Notes: generated by a model from the sequence alone, not told the origin. A stretch of 64,000 nt of DNA from Felis catus (GCF_018350175.1 NC_058368.1:181600001-181664000), one strand, 5' to 3'. Positions 38,466 to 51,532 are shown, counted from the first letter of the stretch. Translations and numbers: made by a program.

Positions 38466-39874
38466 ACCGGAAGTCTCCACTTGGAATGATTTTTAAAACT
38501 TTAAATATACTATCAAATTAGCAGCATTTTAATTTTTGTAATTACTGGCTTTTTGCCAAAATCCTGCTGCAATGCATTATTACCTCCTTTTTGTGTCCTG
38601 AATATTTATATTTACCATCTGAAACTCAGCTGAGGCATCACCATTCTCTACTCTTACAAGATGTCATAGGGCATTTCTCATCATCCATGGGGTCAGTAAG
38701 CAATCCCTTGACTGTGCTTTTCAAGAAACACTGCCCAGAGATAACACAGCAGTTTGAGGACTATGGATCAATCTCTCCTGTGAGCAAGGACTAGGAAAAT
38801 CATCTTTTATTCCAGGCTTTCACCAAATATACTGATAAATTCACTTCCATTTTGTCTACATGATATCCAAACCCTTTTCCTCCCACTATGGAAACGGAAG
38901 GAGTCCACCTGGCCCTTCCTTCTTACACTTGGCTAGTAAGATAAGGCACTTAGTCTATAACTTGGGCAATTCACTATTCCCATCCGTGACTGTGAATTTC
39001 TACAAAAGACACAAAGGTGAAGGGAGAGGTCAAGAGTTGATCAAGGTGGCCACATTCAATAGCATTAGTACTAGTGACACTGTCCCAGTTAGCCCAGTTC
39101 TTTGGTAAGGTCAACCTTATGCCTCTTGTTGCCAAATCTGCTGTTCTTACCTCCTTTATCAACCTTGTTCTCCTGGCTTCCTGATGATTCTAGAAACTAC
39201 CTGACATTCTTCCAATATATTCCTTATCTACTTAGATTTCTTAAAATTAGAATCCTAGCTCACACAAAGTCTGGCACAAAAGACAGAACCAGAAAAAGGG
39301 GATAAGTAAAGAAGTGGCCTACAGCCTTTAGAACCTCCCCCATGAGTGCTTGCTTCTGTGGAATCCTGGGTTGTAAGAGTGAATCTGGCTTAACTGACTT
39401 TCCCAGTACCACAGAATCATGTCCCAGGTAACCAGTTAAGAGGACTGCTCTTTCTCCTTGTCCTAACAACGTTTTGATTTTCCCAGTGAATTCTCTTTCG
39501 TAGAAAAAGTCCACTAGAGTAACACAGTTCTCCCAATCTTGTGGTAGCCACACAATTATGCTCCAGCCAGCGGAAATGCCAGAATGGTGGCCTGAAGGTT
39601 TGTTTCAGAAACTCTGGAGACCCTGCCAAATCATTAACCGTAATTTGTGGGGAAAGGAAATCCAAATCTCGGGTTGCAAGTCCGAAAACCACATAGAGCT
39701 TCAATCATTTCACTCACCTCCCTCCCTAAATTAACAGCTATCTAAGAAAGAATTTGTATTTCTTTGTTAAGGAAATGTCTGCTCATTTCCTTTGTTGTTG
39801 TCCCCGCCCCCCCCCCCCAAAGAAGTGCTTCTTTTTTTGGCATTCATCTGTAAGGGATCCTAATTTTAGAGATG

Positions 39875-40135
39875 ACTATAGTGCTTTTGTTAAAATATGA
39901 CTTTTGCCCTCAGACAAACCTAGCTCCAAATCCTAGCTCCCTCACATCTTGTTTCTGTGGCTATGCGCAAGCCTTTCCTTTAGGTTTGTTTTCTCGTCTA
40001 TTAAATGGGAATGATTGCAGTATCCACCTGGCAGAGCCGGTTTATGAATTCAGGGGGAAGAGCCACACAAAATATTTAGCACACTCCCTGGGGAAACCAG
40101 GTTCTCATAAATTGTTAACTGCATTTATTAGCCAT
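39875..40135 (+). mobile_element. MIR SINE
   Basis: 'cagacaaacctagctccaaatcctagctcc..ttttctcgtctattaaatgggaatgat..atttagcacac'. Confidence 0.75.
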
Positions 40136-40198
40136 TAGAACATGTTTTATTAGTCACATTTTGCTGGATTCACTCTGATGCTATAACCTAAATCTAGA

Positions 40199-40525
40199 GC
40201 AGATATCAGCAAACATTTTCTTGAAAGGGCCACGAAGTCACTACTATTAGGTTCTGTACCCCCAAGCATTTCTGCCACAACTGCTCTGTGGCTGGAGCAA
40301 AAGAGAAGCCACATCCTATATGTATACAAGTGGGTGTGCTTTGTCCCAATAAAACCCCACAGAATATTAATTCTGTATAATTTTCACATTTTACAAACTA
40401 TTTTTCTTCTTTTGATTTTTCCCCCAATGATTGAAAAATATGTAAAAAATTCTCAGTTCACAGACTGTTTAAAACCAGACAGTGGGTCAAATGTGGTCCA
40501 TAGGCCACAGCTTCCTAATCTCTCA
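40199..40525. mobile_element. MER58B-like hAT-Charlie DNA transposon
   Basis: 'cagcaaacattttcttgaaagggcca..gggtgtgctttgtcccaataaaac..tataattttcaca..ttcttttgattttcc..aatgtggtccataggccacag'. Confidence 0.85.
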
Positions 40526-43304
40526 TCTGGAGAAAGAGATAAGTGCTGTACATGGCCATTGTGTGAGGCAAATATTCATTTCAAGGCCTCCACCTGCTGT
40601 TAAGTGACATGCTGATAGACAATATGCTACAACTTGATCAACAAAGCCAGTACTGTAACTTTGAGATCCTCCAGAGTATGTTATAAATGCTACATCAAGT
40701 GCCAAGATTTTCTTTACACTGAATTTTTTAAACTTTTGATAAAAAGTCACCAACAGCTAGTCAAGTCTATTTCTACTTGGTTGTTGGGAAAATTCTTTCT
40801 ACTTTCATTATATTAAAGGCATCTTGAAAGGAAATTAACAGTTTGTCACCTTAACAGTGCGAAATTATGCAGATGAATACTGTAATTTATACAAGATAAT
40901 GTCTTTTATTCATTTATATTCACAAGCATTTACTAGAAATATCTGTATTTAGAGGATTTTTAAAGAAAATACTTCACAAATGATAAAAATATCCCAAATC
41001 TAAAAAGATTTGCTTAACTATGTCTACATTTTTATTCCAAGATCTTACCCAATTTCCAACCAGCAATGCCTTAATTACTTGTATGATGTACCAAACTATA
41101 TATACCTACAGTTTGACATGAAATAAATGTCATTGTGAGGTTAAAACCATGTTTTAGTTTCTGTTTCTTATCTGTACTATAAGTACACCACACATCCGCC
41201 AATAGAAGCAAAATTTGTATTCATGTTTCTACTAAAATTGATATACATTTAATATCCATTATATTTTCCTTGATAGTTATCCATGCATATGTAAATTTTA
41301 TAAACATCCAAATTTTGAAACAAGATTCAGCATTTTTTATACTCTCATTTGTAATCCTCCCTCCCCCACACCCTTTAAGAAACTAAAATAGGCTTATGGG
41401 GCCAATAACACGATGAGCTATTCCACATCTGGTTATCGGAGGCATATTTCCTGATTAAAAAAAAAAATCACAAAAAGCTGTTTTTATACGCTTGGTTTCT
41501 CCTTCTGTTATTACCCATTTAACAGTAGTTTCACATACAGCCAGGCATGTGCCAAACACAGGGCCAATAATGAAAAATACTGACTTAATATAATTTGCTT
41601 CCTTGGCTGCTGGGAAAGCAGAAAGCGTTGACAAACTGTTTTGTGTTTATTAGCGAAGCTATTGTAGAGGGTGATTGGGGTTTCATTATAAGGGGCCTGC
41701 AAACAGTTTTAGCACAAATGCCAATATACATTTTAGAATCGAGTGCAATTTTAAGTATTTTCACTCAAATGGTTTTGCAGAATCTACAACCCAAATAAAA
41801 AGTATATTGTGTTTTAACACCACCACCGACTACTATACTATTTGTCGCATTGATCTCCATTGTGAATGCTTCAAACCTTTCTACTTTCATGAAATGTAAT
41901 GGGCAAATACATTCTCTAGAATCACGAGTTATGATTAGTTACTAAGCAATCAGAAAAATCACAGCAAGGCATACTTCTGAAAGAAATCAGAAAGAGTAAA
42001 GATCACTTCTCTATGTGCGTTACATAGTGAATCACACAATACCTCATCGATGGTACTGTATATATTAGCTAACCACCATGGGCTAGCTGGAAGCTCATAC
42101 ATCAATGAAAAGATCTTTGTCAATTGCTGTATGCCTCATTATCTCACTAAGATTTCTTGGCAACAATTAACAGTTACCCAATTCATAGAAATTGCCTTTA
42201 TTATTTTTGAAGCAGCTACTTTCTTTGGCTTTAATGACTAAGAGAATAGAGACAGATGTCTCTGTTGCTAGGGAGACTGAATTAAAAAAAAAAAAACCTT
42301 TGAAATGAAGTAAATAAGCAACTACCATTTTTTTTAAAAAAGGAGAATTCTGTTGGTTTTGAATTAACTATTTGTTTTAAAAACAAACCAGCAGTAGCTC
42401 CACTTTTTAAAGGAAATACATTAGAATGGTTTATTACCGTTCTTCTCTGACAGTAATAAATCATTAAAAAAAGAAAAATAGGCCCACCTGTGCACTCAAT
42501 ATCAATTGAGGCTGATTATCAGGAACTGGTACTTTCTTTGTACTGGTACCTGAATTCAACAGGAATTGCCTTTTTATATAATCTGTCAATCCTCTATGAC
42601 TAAAGAGAAAGCAGCCCCTCCCCTGAGTTAGAAACACAGGGGCCTTGCAGACAAGCTCCTGTGTGGAGTTGAGACAGCTCATGCCTTCTCTTCACCTAGC
42701 TCCAATCTCACCTGCAGACCCTTGGCCAGCTGTCCACACACTGGAAAACAATTGATCCAAACCAAGGTAGTTGGCCACTGGACCTAACCCAAGCAAATTT
42801 TTTTCTTTTAAAATCCTTTCCATGTTCATCCCTCCTCCTCTATCTTCAATGTCTGATGCTCCACAATACACCAAATGTACTTCCATTTCCATATGCCCTG
42901 GACACACACATCCTGTTCAAACCCTCCCATAATCTCACTTGTTCTATCACAATGCTTGAAGAGGAATGATACCTTCACACAAAAAGAAAAAAAAAATAAT
43001 CCAGTTTGAAATGAAATCACATGGAATAAAAATAATTGCAATCCACCTAAATTCTTTGAAAGAATCCCTAATCTCCTTTGGCATCCATCTAAAATGACCC
43101 AAACATCTTTTTTTACTGGCTCTAATTAAATCATTAACCAGGCATGAGCATTCAATTTAAGTATTAGCTAAAAATTGAGCATTTCTTGAGTCTTTCTTGG
43201 TAGTAATATTTTGCTTAAATATTAGCATAACATTAAAACATAGGAAAATTCTTAATGTACTTTTTAAATGTTACATGCTATTGCCATAATTAAAAACCAC
43301 CCTT

Positions 43305-43516
43305 GGAGCGCCTGGGTAGCTCAGTCTGTTGGGCATCCAACTTCGGCTCAGGTCATGATATCATGAGTCACAGGTTCGAGCCCCCTGTCAGGCTCTGTGC
43401 TGGCAGCTCAGAGTCTGGAGTCTGCTTTGTGGATTCTGTCTCCCTCTCTCCCTGTCCCTGCCCAGCTCATACTCTTTCTCTCTCAAAAATAAACAGAAAA
43501 CATTAAATTTTTTTTT
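43305..43516 (+). mobile_element. CAN-SINE (SINEC_Fc type)
   Basis: Full body; caccctt on both flanks. Confidence 0.94.
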
Positions 43517-43789
43517 AATCACCCTTAATATATAAAACAATGTGCAAGATAAAAGTACTTTTTCTTAAGAAAATATTCCAAGTTTTACAAAGTTTGGACT
43601 CAGTGACCTGGTGATGTCTCCTAACACTCTTCCTTTGTGAAAACATATTTTCAGCTGCAAACGCTGGACTTCAAAAAATAAAGTTTATAAGAATTTGTAA
43701 TCTGAAAACTTTCTGTACTTTCTATTGAAATTCTAACTTAGTAAAATGCAATTAGTATTGAAGACAGACCATCATCAAGGTCACAAATT

Positions 43790-44065
43790 GAGCAGTGCAG
43801 CATTTTAGGTGACTGTAACAGCTTTGGGGTACATGATTCTGGGTTCAAATTACATTTCAACCACTTAAATGGGATGAGACTTCTGTGAATTGCTTGGCTT
43901 TCCTAAGTCTCAGTTTTGTTGGTGGTAAATTGTGGATATTAATCACCTCCTAAGTTTGTTGTGAGAGTTAAAATTGTATCACAAATATAAATATGTAGTC
44001 CAATGCCCAGCACTGAGATGCACTCAATAAATACTAGAAGTTATCTATTATTATCATCATTAACT
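43790..44065 (+). mobile_element. MIR SINE, near full length
   Basis: 'ctgggttcaaat..ccactta..ctaagtctcagtttt..gtaaattgtggata..gttgtgagagttaaa..cactcaataaata..tattattatc'. Confidence 0.85.
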
Positions 44066-44108
44066 GCTTCTCACTTTTCTCAGCATATTAATTAAAAATC
44101 AAGATACA

Positions 44109-44337
44109 GGGGCGCCTGGGTGGCTCAGTCGGTTAAGCGTCCGACTTCAGTTCAGGTCATGATCTCGCGGTCCGGGAGTTCGAGCCCTGCATCAGGCTCT
44201 GGGCTGATGACTCAGAGCCTGGAGCCTGCTTCCGATTCTGTGTCTCCCTCTCTCTCTCTGCCCCTCCCCAGTTCATGCTCTGTCTCTCTCTGTCCCAAAA
44301 ATAAATAAACGTTAAAAAAAAATTTTTAAAGTAAAAA
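44109..44337 (+). mobile_element. CAN-SINE, young SINEC_Fc-like copy
   Basis: Intact A and B boxes, many CpGs, 'tgtcccaaaaataaataaacgtt' tail; perfect 15-bp TSD aaaaatcaagataca. Confidence 0.98.
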
Positions 44338-44756
44338 AAAAATCAAGATACAGCTTTCAAAGTTTTCATGAGAACTAGGGACACTGCAGGCTCTCCACCA
44401 GTTATGATAATATCATTTAGAAATATTTGCATTAGATATCAATTGTGATCTATTTCCAAATATTGTGTTCAGTTTGGATGATTATATCAGATCATGAGAT
44501 CAAGCTAATTTTAATCATCACTTGTTCATCCTCGCCAAGGTAACAAGCTTGCTGTATTCTGAGACGACTTGCTTCAGCATCTAAGAGAGATTATTCCCCT
44601 TACAAAGAGCAGCCTTCCAACATCTTGTCTGGACCACTCTCTTTATTTGAAATCCACTCAGAACCTTAGCTCAGCCATTAACATTTCCTGATGAACTTCA
44701 ACTACCTTACAGCACTGCCTTATAGCAGAGATTCTCAGCTTCATGTACCACACACA

Positions 44757-45290
44757 GACCATTCATTTAACAAATGTTTACTGGGTGCGAGGTACTATTC
44801 TAGGTACCATAAATACAATACTGAACTGAAGGCAGAGAAAGTCCCTGCTCTCTTGGTCCCTACCTTTCAATGATTCAAGATTGATTAAATTAATTAATTA
44901 AATAAACAAGTTGGTTTCCTTTAGTCACTTGGAAAATAAAAAAAACAAAACCAGTTGATTTGAGAGAAATTGGAGAAAATATTGATAGGAAAGATGGTGC
45001 CCCTGTTTATGGCCACCGTCATTCAGCAATGCACAGTTCCAGAAAGTCTGCTCATATAGATTCCAAAACGATGACATGGAAGCTTAGAGCTAAATGGTAC
45101 AAATGAAGTGGCTATGCAAGGATCTAGGTAATGAGCATTTCTGTAGAAGGGAAAAGATACAACTAAGGTTATCAAGAAGGAATGAGCTTTGTATGCTCAA
45201 ACAGAAAGCAGAACAGTTGACTGCAACAAAGGAGTATGGAGGCAGATACCCAGAGATGATCTGGGAAAGGCAGGCCTTGAGATAGTTCTA
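44757..45290 (-). mobile_element. L2 3' portion
   Basis: 'cattcatttaacaaatgtttactgggtgc..ggtactattctaggtacc..aaagtccctgctctcttgg'. Confidence 0.8.
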
Positions 45291-45309
45291 GGGCCAGTTA
45301 CATAATATT

Positions 45310-45460
45310 GCCTACATAGCTTCTGCCAAATATCAGTATGTAGGCCACACCCCCAACCAATTAAATCACAATCACTAGTGGTAGATACCAGGCTGAGTGT
45401 GTGTGTTTCAAAGTTTCCTAGATGATATGAAAGTATAGCCGGTATTAAAAGCCAATGATA
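45310..45460. mobile_element. MER5-like fragment
   Basis: 'taggccacacccccaaccaattaaatcacaatc..caaagtttcctagatgat'. Confidence 0.6.
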
Positions 45461-46544
45461 AAGAGTGTTGCAATCCCTGATATGGAGTTAATGTTTTTGG
45501 TTACTTTCTAGTACCTCATCTCCCCATTTAAAGTTTGTGTTCCAGGCATTTCTGATCATTATATCTTTGCAAAATGCCAAATAGAGAACTATGCATGCAG
45601 GAAATGCACAATACCAGGCTGTGATTGTCTTCTGTGTGCCTAAATCTGCTTAGAGTGCACTACAGAAACAGACTCATGGTTCTAGGCATATTCCCAATTA
45701 CATTTTAAAAAATAAACAAACAGGTGCATGCAAACACCAGCACTTAGCAGCTGGCTCCCATGCATTTCCTTCAGGGAAATGAAGATACTGGCTAGAAATC
45801 CCTTAAGTATCTGAAAAGGAAACAAAAGAAGTTGTTTTTCTTTGTTTGTTTTGTTTTTGGTTAAAAAGTGAACGATACCAGTACCTGAGGGGCCATAAGG
45901 CAGAAGGTCAATGTTCCTAAATGTTAACCAACAATACCTACATAGTAATTTTGCCAGAGTCTCAGCGATTTCTCTAAAAGGAAATAATTCTTCTCCACAA
46001 TTATTAGAAATTAGAAATTAGAGTAACTGAGGAAAGAACTAGATGATGAAGGTCACATGGAAAGCAAGGGGAAAAGCATAAGCAAAAAATTGTTGTGTTT
46101 GAAAATGACTGTTGGCACACAGAGAATTCCAGAGAGTCATTCCAGGATTGTTTGAGGGAGGTCTAGCTGTGACATCTGTCACCACAATGGCAGCCAGGGT
46201 TGGTTTTGATAAATGTCTGCTTCATATGTTCAGTTTAAGAGGAAGGCCCTGCCTAACTAGAAGAGAATCATCCTCCACTTGTGGCTGATAGAAATTTCCA
46301 GAAGTCCAGAAAGACTTCTGGGTAATATGTAATAGGAAAAAAAGTTACCCTCTTGGTAGTTGATTCCTGGAATTATCAAAATGGGGCACACAGGTAATGA
46401 CAGCTGTGAGTACTCGAGACTCATGCCAGTAGTCTTTCTACCTATATCATCCAAACATTGACCTGTAGGTTTGGCTAGTCATAAACAGAGCTTCTAACAT
46501 CATAATATTGACATAATTCTTTGTTATGCAGAGTCTAGTTATTT

Positions 46545-46712
46545 ATGGTGGGGTTTGTGAGTTTGAACCTTGGTTTGACTCTTAGATCAGCTACTTGCTA
46601 CTTATTAGCTGTGTGACCTAGGCAAACCACTAGACAGCAAGCTCCATAAGGATGTTCTTATTTATCTGTTTGTTTTTGAGAGAGAGGGAATATGCACAAG
46701 TGGGGAAAAAGA

Positions 46713-46776
<64 letters not shown>

Positions 46777-47130
46777 TCTCCAGCAGGCTCCATACTCAGC
46801 CCCAAGCCTGACACAGGGCTCAGTCCCACAATCCTGGAATCATGAACTGAGCTGAAATCAAGAGTCAGTGCTCAAGTGACTATTTACCTCATTTTTTCTA
46901 AGGAAACCTCACTGAAGAAGAAAAAAAAAAAAAAAAAAAAAAGGATTAAAATCAGATCCAAACCAAAAGTCAAAAGACAGTTTGTTTCACTTGCCTTAGT
47001 TTCCACATCTTTAAAATGGGAATGATTATAGTATCTACCGCATAGATTTTTTGTAGGTATTAAAAGAAATAATGGATGTAATGCACTTTGCACGTTGCAT
47101 AGGAATAATAAATATTCCAAATGTTTGTTA
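46545..47130 (+). mobile_element. MIR SINE, interrupted
   Basis: 'ctacttattagctgtgtgacctaggcaa' resumes as 'gccttagtttccacatctttaaaatgggaatgattatagtatctacc'. Confidence 0.8.
46650..46881 (-). mobile_element. CAN-SINE, 5'-truncated
   Basis: (GA)n, 'cagcaggctccatactcagc..gaactgagctgaaatcaagagtcagtgctcaagtgact'; terminal gagccacccaggcgcccc absent. Confidence 0.9.
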
Positions 47131-47667
47131 AAGAAAGGCCAGTGTGAGTATAATGCTTTTTAGCACTGTAGTGATATTAACAAGATAACTTTCTAATTAC
47201 TTACAAATATTTTAACAATAGAATGGGGCTTTCTCAGGCTACTTAACAATAATTATCTTGAGTATCTGATCCCAAGCATGGGTTCAAAATTTCAAGCTAA
47301 GCACCATATTTCTAATAAGAGCTACATATTGTATCCAGGTTTTTGGTCCACCTATTTCAGCATCTTTCCTTTGAAAACTCCTCCCCTTTCATTCTGAGCT
47401 CAGTCTAGGAAAGAATAAGATCACCACGGTGACAACTACTCCCTCTTTGGAGTGCATTCAAATTTATGTTGAGCTTTTCTTAAATGCTGTTGTGTCTTGT
47501 CTTTAAATTGTCTCCTGAAGTCACTCCAAGGTCAGGGAAATGTCTTCATCACTTAAGGTCTCCTTCAATAATACAAAAGAGCAATTGGGAGTTCATGATC
47601 TAGAATTGATAAATTTTATAATAAATAAATGTACCATATTTGAGTCAGGCAAATTATCTACTAGGGC

Positions 47668-47833
47668 CTTTATGTTAAAGAAGTTGTAGGTGATGTGTAT
47701 GTATAAAATAAAATAAAATAAAATAAAAGTGTATGTGTAATACCTTTTTTCTTTATGTTAAAGAAGTTGTAGGTGATGTGTATGTATAAAATAAAATAAA
47801 ATAAAATAAAAGTGTATGTGTAATACCTTTTTT
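47668..47833. repeat. Perfect 2 x 83-bp tandem duplication
   Basis: 47668-47750 is identical to 47751-47833. Confidence 0.97.
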
Positions 47834-49239
47834 CCTCTATAATGTCCTATCAAGACATTCATTGAGTATCACTTATTCAGAAAGTTGCCATACACAATAT
47901 GGAATATAAGCCTGGGTTCTGATACTGACACAAATTTGGGTCTTTCTGTTTTATACTAAATATAACGCTACCATGAATTATAGTGTGAAATAAGTGCTAT
48001 TTCAGGACTGGGTCCACTTTCATCAGGAGACGGAAACTGAGAAAAAATTTAGTTAAGTCTGATTGGTTAAGAAAAGTTTTAGGGAGTACAGAAGGTTTCA
48101 GTCTGGAATGTCCCATGCAGTGTTGTGTGAATCAAATGAGATATGTATATGTAATCCTTATCAGAGCTGGCCCATGACATTACGTGGTTGCCATATGTTA
48201 GCTATTATTAAGTTCCAGAATTTATTACTATTGTTGCTATTACTGAATTTTAACATCTGATTTACAATATATCTACATTTTGGGAACAGTCTCAATCTGT
48301 TTTGTATACATAAAGACCTAAAATGGCTCTCTGAAGCAATCCCACAACAGGAGAGCGTATGGGTAGATAGAGGCAAAATCCTGGATGTTACACAAATATA
48401 CTTTCAAAATATTACTCAGTATAGGCAGAGGGATTCTGCTTGACCAAGTAGTCATGGCAGTTGAAACTTACCACTGTGCAAAGAATTTGGTTAAGTGTGA
48501 TGTGGCATCTTTTATCACAAAGTATCTATAACCTTCCTCTCCCCCTACAAAAATTCACTACCATTTCTTATACCTGGATTAGGAAACACACCAAAAGCAG
48601 AATTACCCTACAAATGGCTAATTTCATATGTCCTTATCTAAATTGATGATCCTTAGTATGTGATTTATGTAAGAGGAAGCTCTAGAGGGATGGACTAGAG
48701 CACGGAGGTAGCTTTTCTGAAAGAATTTCCCTTGACAGCCTTGACTTGGAACACACATACACACAGTACAAAATTGTTTCGTGAATCATCCTGCTTTGAG
48801 TTTTGTTAAAGTAGCACTGTCACCATGTGGGAGCATCATCTTTTTTCTCTCCATTACCCTATTGACATGTTTTTCCACCCCAGTACTGTTAATCCATGAA
48901 AGTTCTTGATGATTAAAACTGATGTGGTCCTTTAAGGAAATTCAGTGGTCAGTAACATTTCCTCTCCCAAAGCCCCTTATATGTCATGCCAGGAGTGACA
49001 ACTATGTGTGCTTTAGGCCTCTTGAATCGATTTAATATTTCAATTTGTGCTACTGATGTTTCATCTGACAGTGGCAGGTCTCCAAAACACTTCTACAGTG
49101 CCACTACTGACCTCATTGAAGGTCAAATAGCAATTAAATTTTGAAATAATTCACTTTTTCTCTCTACACCAATCCCAAAGTTCTTAGATATAGTCACACA
49201 AACAAGATGAACTTGGTAAAAGACCCTCAGTGGATAGAA

Positions 49240-49450
49240 TTTACTCAATCACTCAGAAAATATTTCTTGGACACCTATAGCATCCCAAGTAGTTCTTTAG
49301 ACACTGAGGATTTAAGTAAAAGGAATTCAGACACAGCTGCTGCCCTCCAGGAGATTAGATTCATAATGTGGAAAGCCTGAATAAAATTGGCTATTCCAAA
49401 AAGATGTCTTCAATATAAGTCACAAAGAGAAGTGGTCACTTAGAGCCTCA
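49240..49450 (-). mobile_element. L2 3' end
   Basis: 'tcaatcactcagaaaatatttcttggacacctat..gacactgaggat..agacacagctgctgccctccaggag'. Confidence 0.7.
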
Positions 49451-50214
49451 CATGAATGCTGTGGTTTAGAAGAGAATCCCCCATGATAGCCTGCAGACCA
49501 GTGCTGCCTCATGGACAGCACTTCATAGTCAAATGTTTTTCACATAGTGAAATGAGAAAAATGAGAGCTTTACCAGCCTTCTGCCCCACTAATTCCCTAT
49601 GTAAACCCTCCATTCTGATTACAGTGGTTCCTCCCTGGACTCTGCTCACTCCATTTGTTTGCCAGCTTCCTATAGAGTAGAATTTTCCACCCTATTTCCA
49701 TCATTACCTTCCCAATGGCCACCATCTCATACCATTGTCATTATTTCTTAGTATTTTTATTTATCTTAGTGAATTTTAGTTTCCTACACACATTATCTTA
49801 AAAGTCAATTATAAAAACCTTAAATACAACAACAACCCACATATGATTTGCTATGATTAGAGCGTAGCTGTCAAATAAATTTAATTTTTCAAATGCTCCT
49901 AATTTCAAACTGGATACTATTAGCTAACGAAAGCTCTGAGTATGAGTCGCCATCTTTTTCCTAGAATAGGGAAATTAGCAAATGTAAGAGAGTGGTTAAG
50001 GCCAGAGTAGACATAAACTGAGATGCTCTCCTTGAAGTAATGGATATGTCAGATAAAGTTGACATGGGAGTAACTTCTCAGTTTTGTTTCACTAGTTATT
50101 GAAACGTCCTCCTGTACCACTGGTGCACTGGTGATACTCATTTTTGTTTTTTGCGGGGGGGGGGGGGGGTTGGTAATAAAGCTACAATAATAACATAAAT
50201 AATGATGACACTGT

Positions 50215-50450
50215 TGCTGCTGTTAATAATAATCATCTAAAAAGTAGTCATCAAGTACTTACTGTATGCCTGGCCCTGTTTTAAGCACTTTTACACATAA
50301 CAAGTAATTGAATCTTCCCAAGAGCCCATTAAGACAGCACTTTTGCACATGGGATCCCATAGCCCTAAAAGGTTTAGTAACATGCTCAAGCTCATAGAGC
50401 ATGTTTAAGAGCAGTCACTGATCAAACCTCAGCTCTAAGCACCACCATTT
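50215..50450 (-). mobile_element. MIR SINE
   Basis: 'gtacttactgtatgcctggccctgttttaagcacttttacaca..aggtttagtaacatgctcaagctcatagagc'. Confidence 0.8.
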
Positions 50451-50609
50451 ACTTTGCAACCCTGGGAAAGCCACTTTAACACCATTTTTGCAGAAGAAAC
50501 CAACACTTTGAGAGGTGGCCATGGAATAACATTCTATGCCTGTCACAAGGACTCAATGAGGAGAAGGAAGAGAAGGGAGGGTAGAGGGAGGAGGGGCAGG
50601 AAGTGAATG

Positions 50610-50820
50610 GTAATTGAATCCTTCCGCCATCATTCTTTAGCTATTTAACCTTAGAAAGGTTGTTTAGTATCTCTGAGTCTTACTTTCCTTCATCTGTAAA
50701 ATGAGATGATATCAGCTCCTGGATAACACTGTGGTAAATGTTTTGAAGTGGCTACAGTGAAAGTCTAGCTCAGTAGTTGGTATGTAATAGGCCCTCAATA
50801 AGTAGTCTGTGTTATTATTC
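50610..50820 (+). mobile_element. MIR SINE
   Basis: 'tctctgagtcttactttccttcatctgtaaaatgagatgata..taggccctcaataagtag'. Confidence 0.8.
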
Positions 50821-51297
50821 TGCAGTGAGCTTATCAAATCCCTAGCCATTATTCACGGCTCATTCTATGCCATCCATTCTCTGATGCTTTCCCTTATGCG
50901 CTCTGCCCACAATGATAACTACAATGATAAGTCTTTCCTCTGAATTTCATATCACTTCACTTTTTTTTTTTTAAAACCAGCTTGTTCTTCCAAAGTAATT
51001 GAGGCTTTTATAAAACAAGACTTACAAACTTCTTTTTAACACATACTATTTAATACATCATACTCCCCTAAAATGTAGACCAAAAAGATTTAGTAATTTT
51101 TAAAATTAATAATTATATGAAATGAGAAATGTTTCATCAACAGAATCTGTAAAGGTAATCTAAATAGTGGAAAAAAGTGTTTTTTGTTTCTCACGGTAGT
51201 TTTCCTCTTCATGTTGACTGTCCATAATTGATTTAAATAGCACCATCTTCCTCTGGAGGATATTAAATCCTCATAAACAATAAGATACTCACATTTT

Positions 51298-51532
51298 GGG
51301 GGGTGCCTGGGTGGCTCAGTTGGTTAAGCCTCTGACTCTTGATTTCAGCTCACATTATGATCTCATAGTTCATGGGTTCAAACCCTGCCTTACGCTCTGC
51401 ACTGACATTGCTGAGCCTGCTTGCAATTCTCTGTCTCCCTAGCTCTCTGCCCCTCCCCCACTCATGCGTGCATGCACACACACACTCTCTCCCTCCCTCT
51501 CTCTCAAAATAAATAAATAAACTCAAAAAAAA
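51298..51532 (+). mobile_element. CAN-SINE
   Basis: Full body; imperfect TSD tactcacatttt / tattcacatttt. Confidence 0.95.

Noticed and set aside
42712..42740. Minus-strand 29-nt exon-like segment with CAG|gtgaga donor
   Set aside because: Short weak acceptor and frame-shifting length; such sites are common by chance
50155..50605. Poly-G run and purine-rich tract
   Set aside because: Ordinary low-complexity sequence with no further structure
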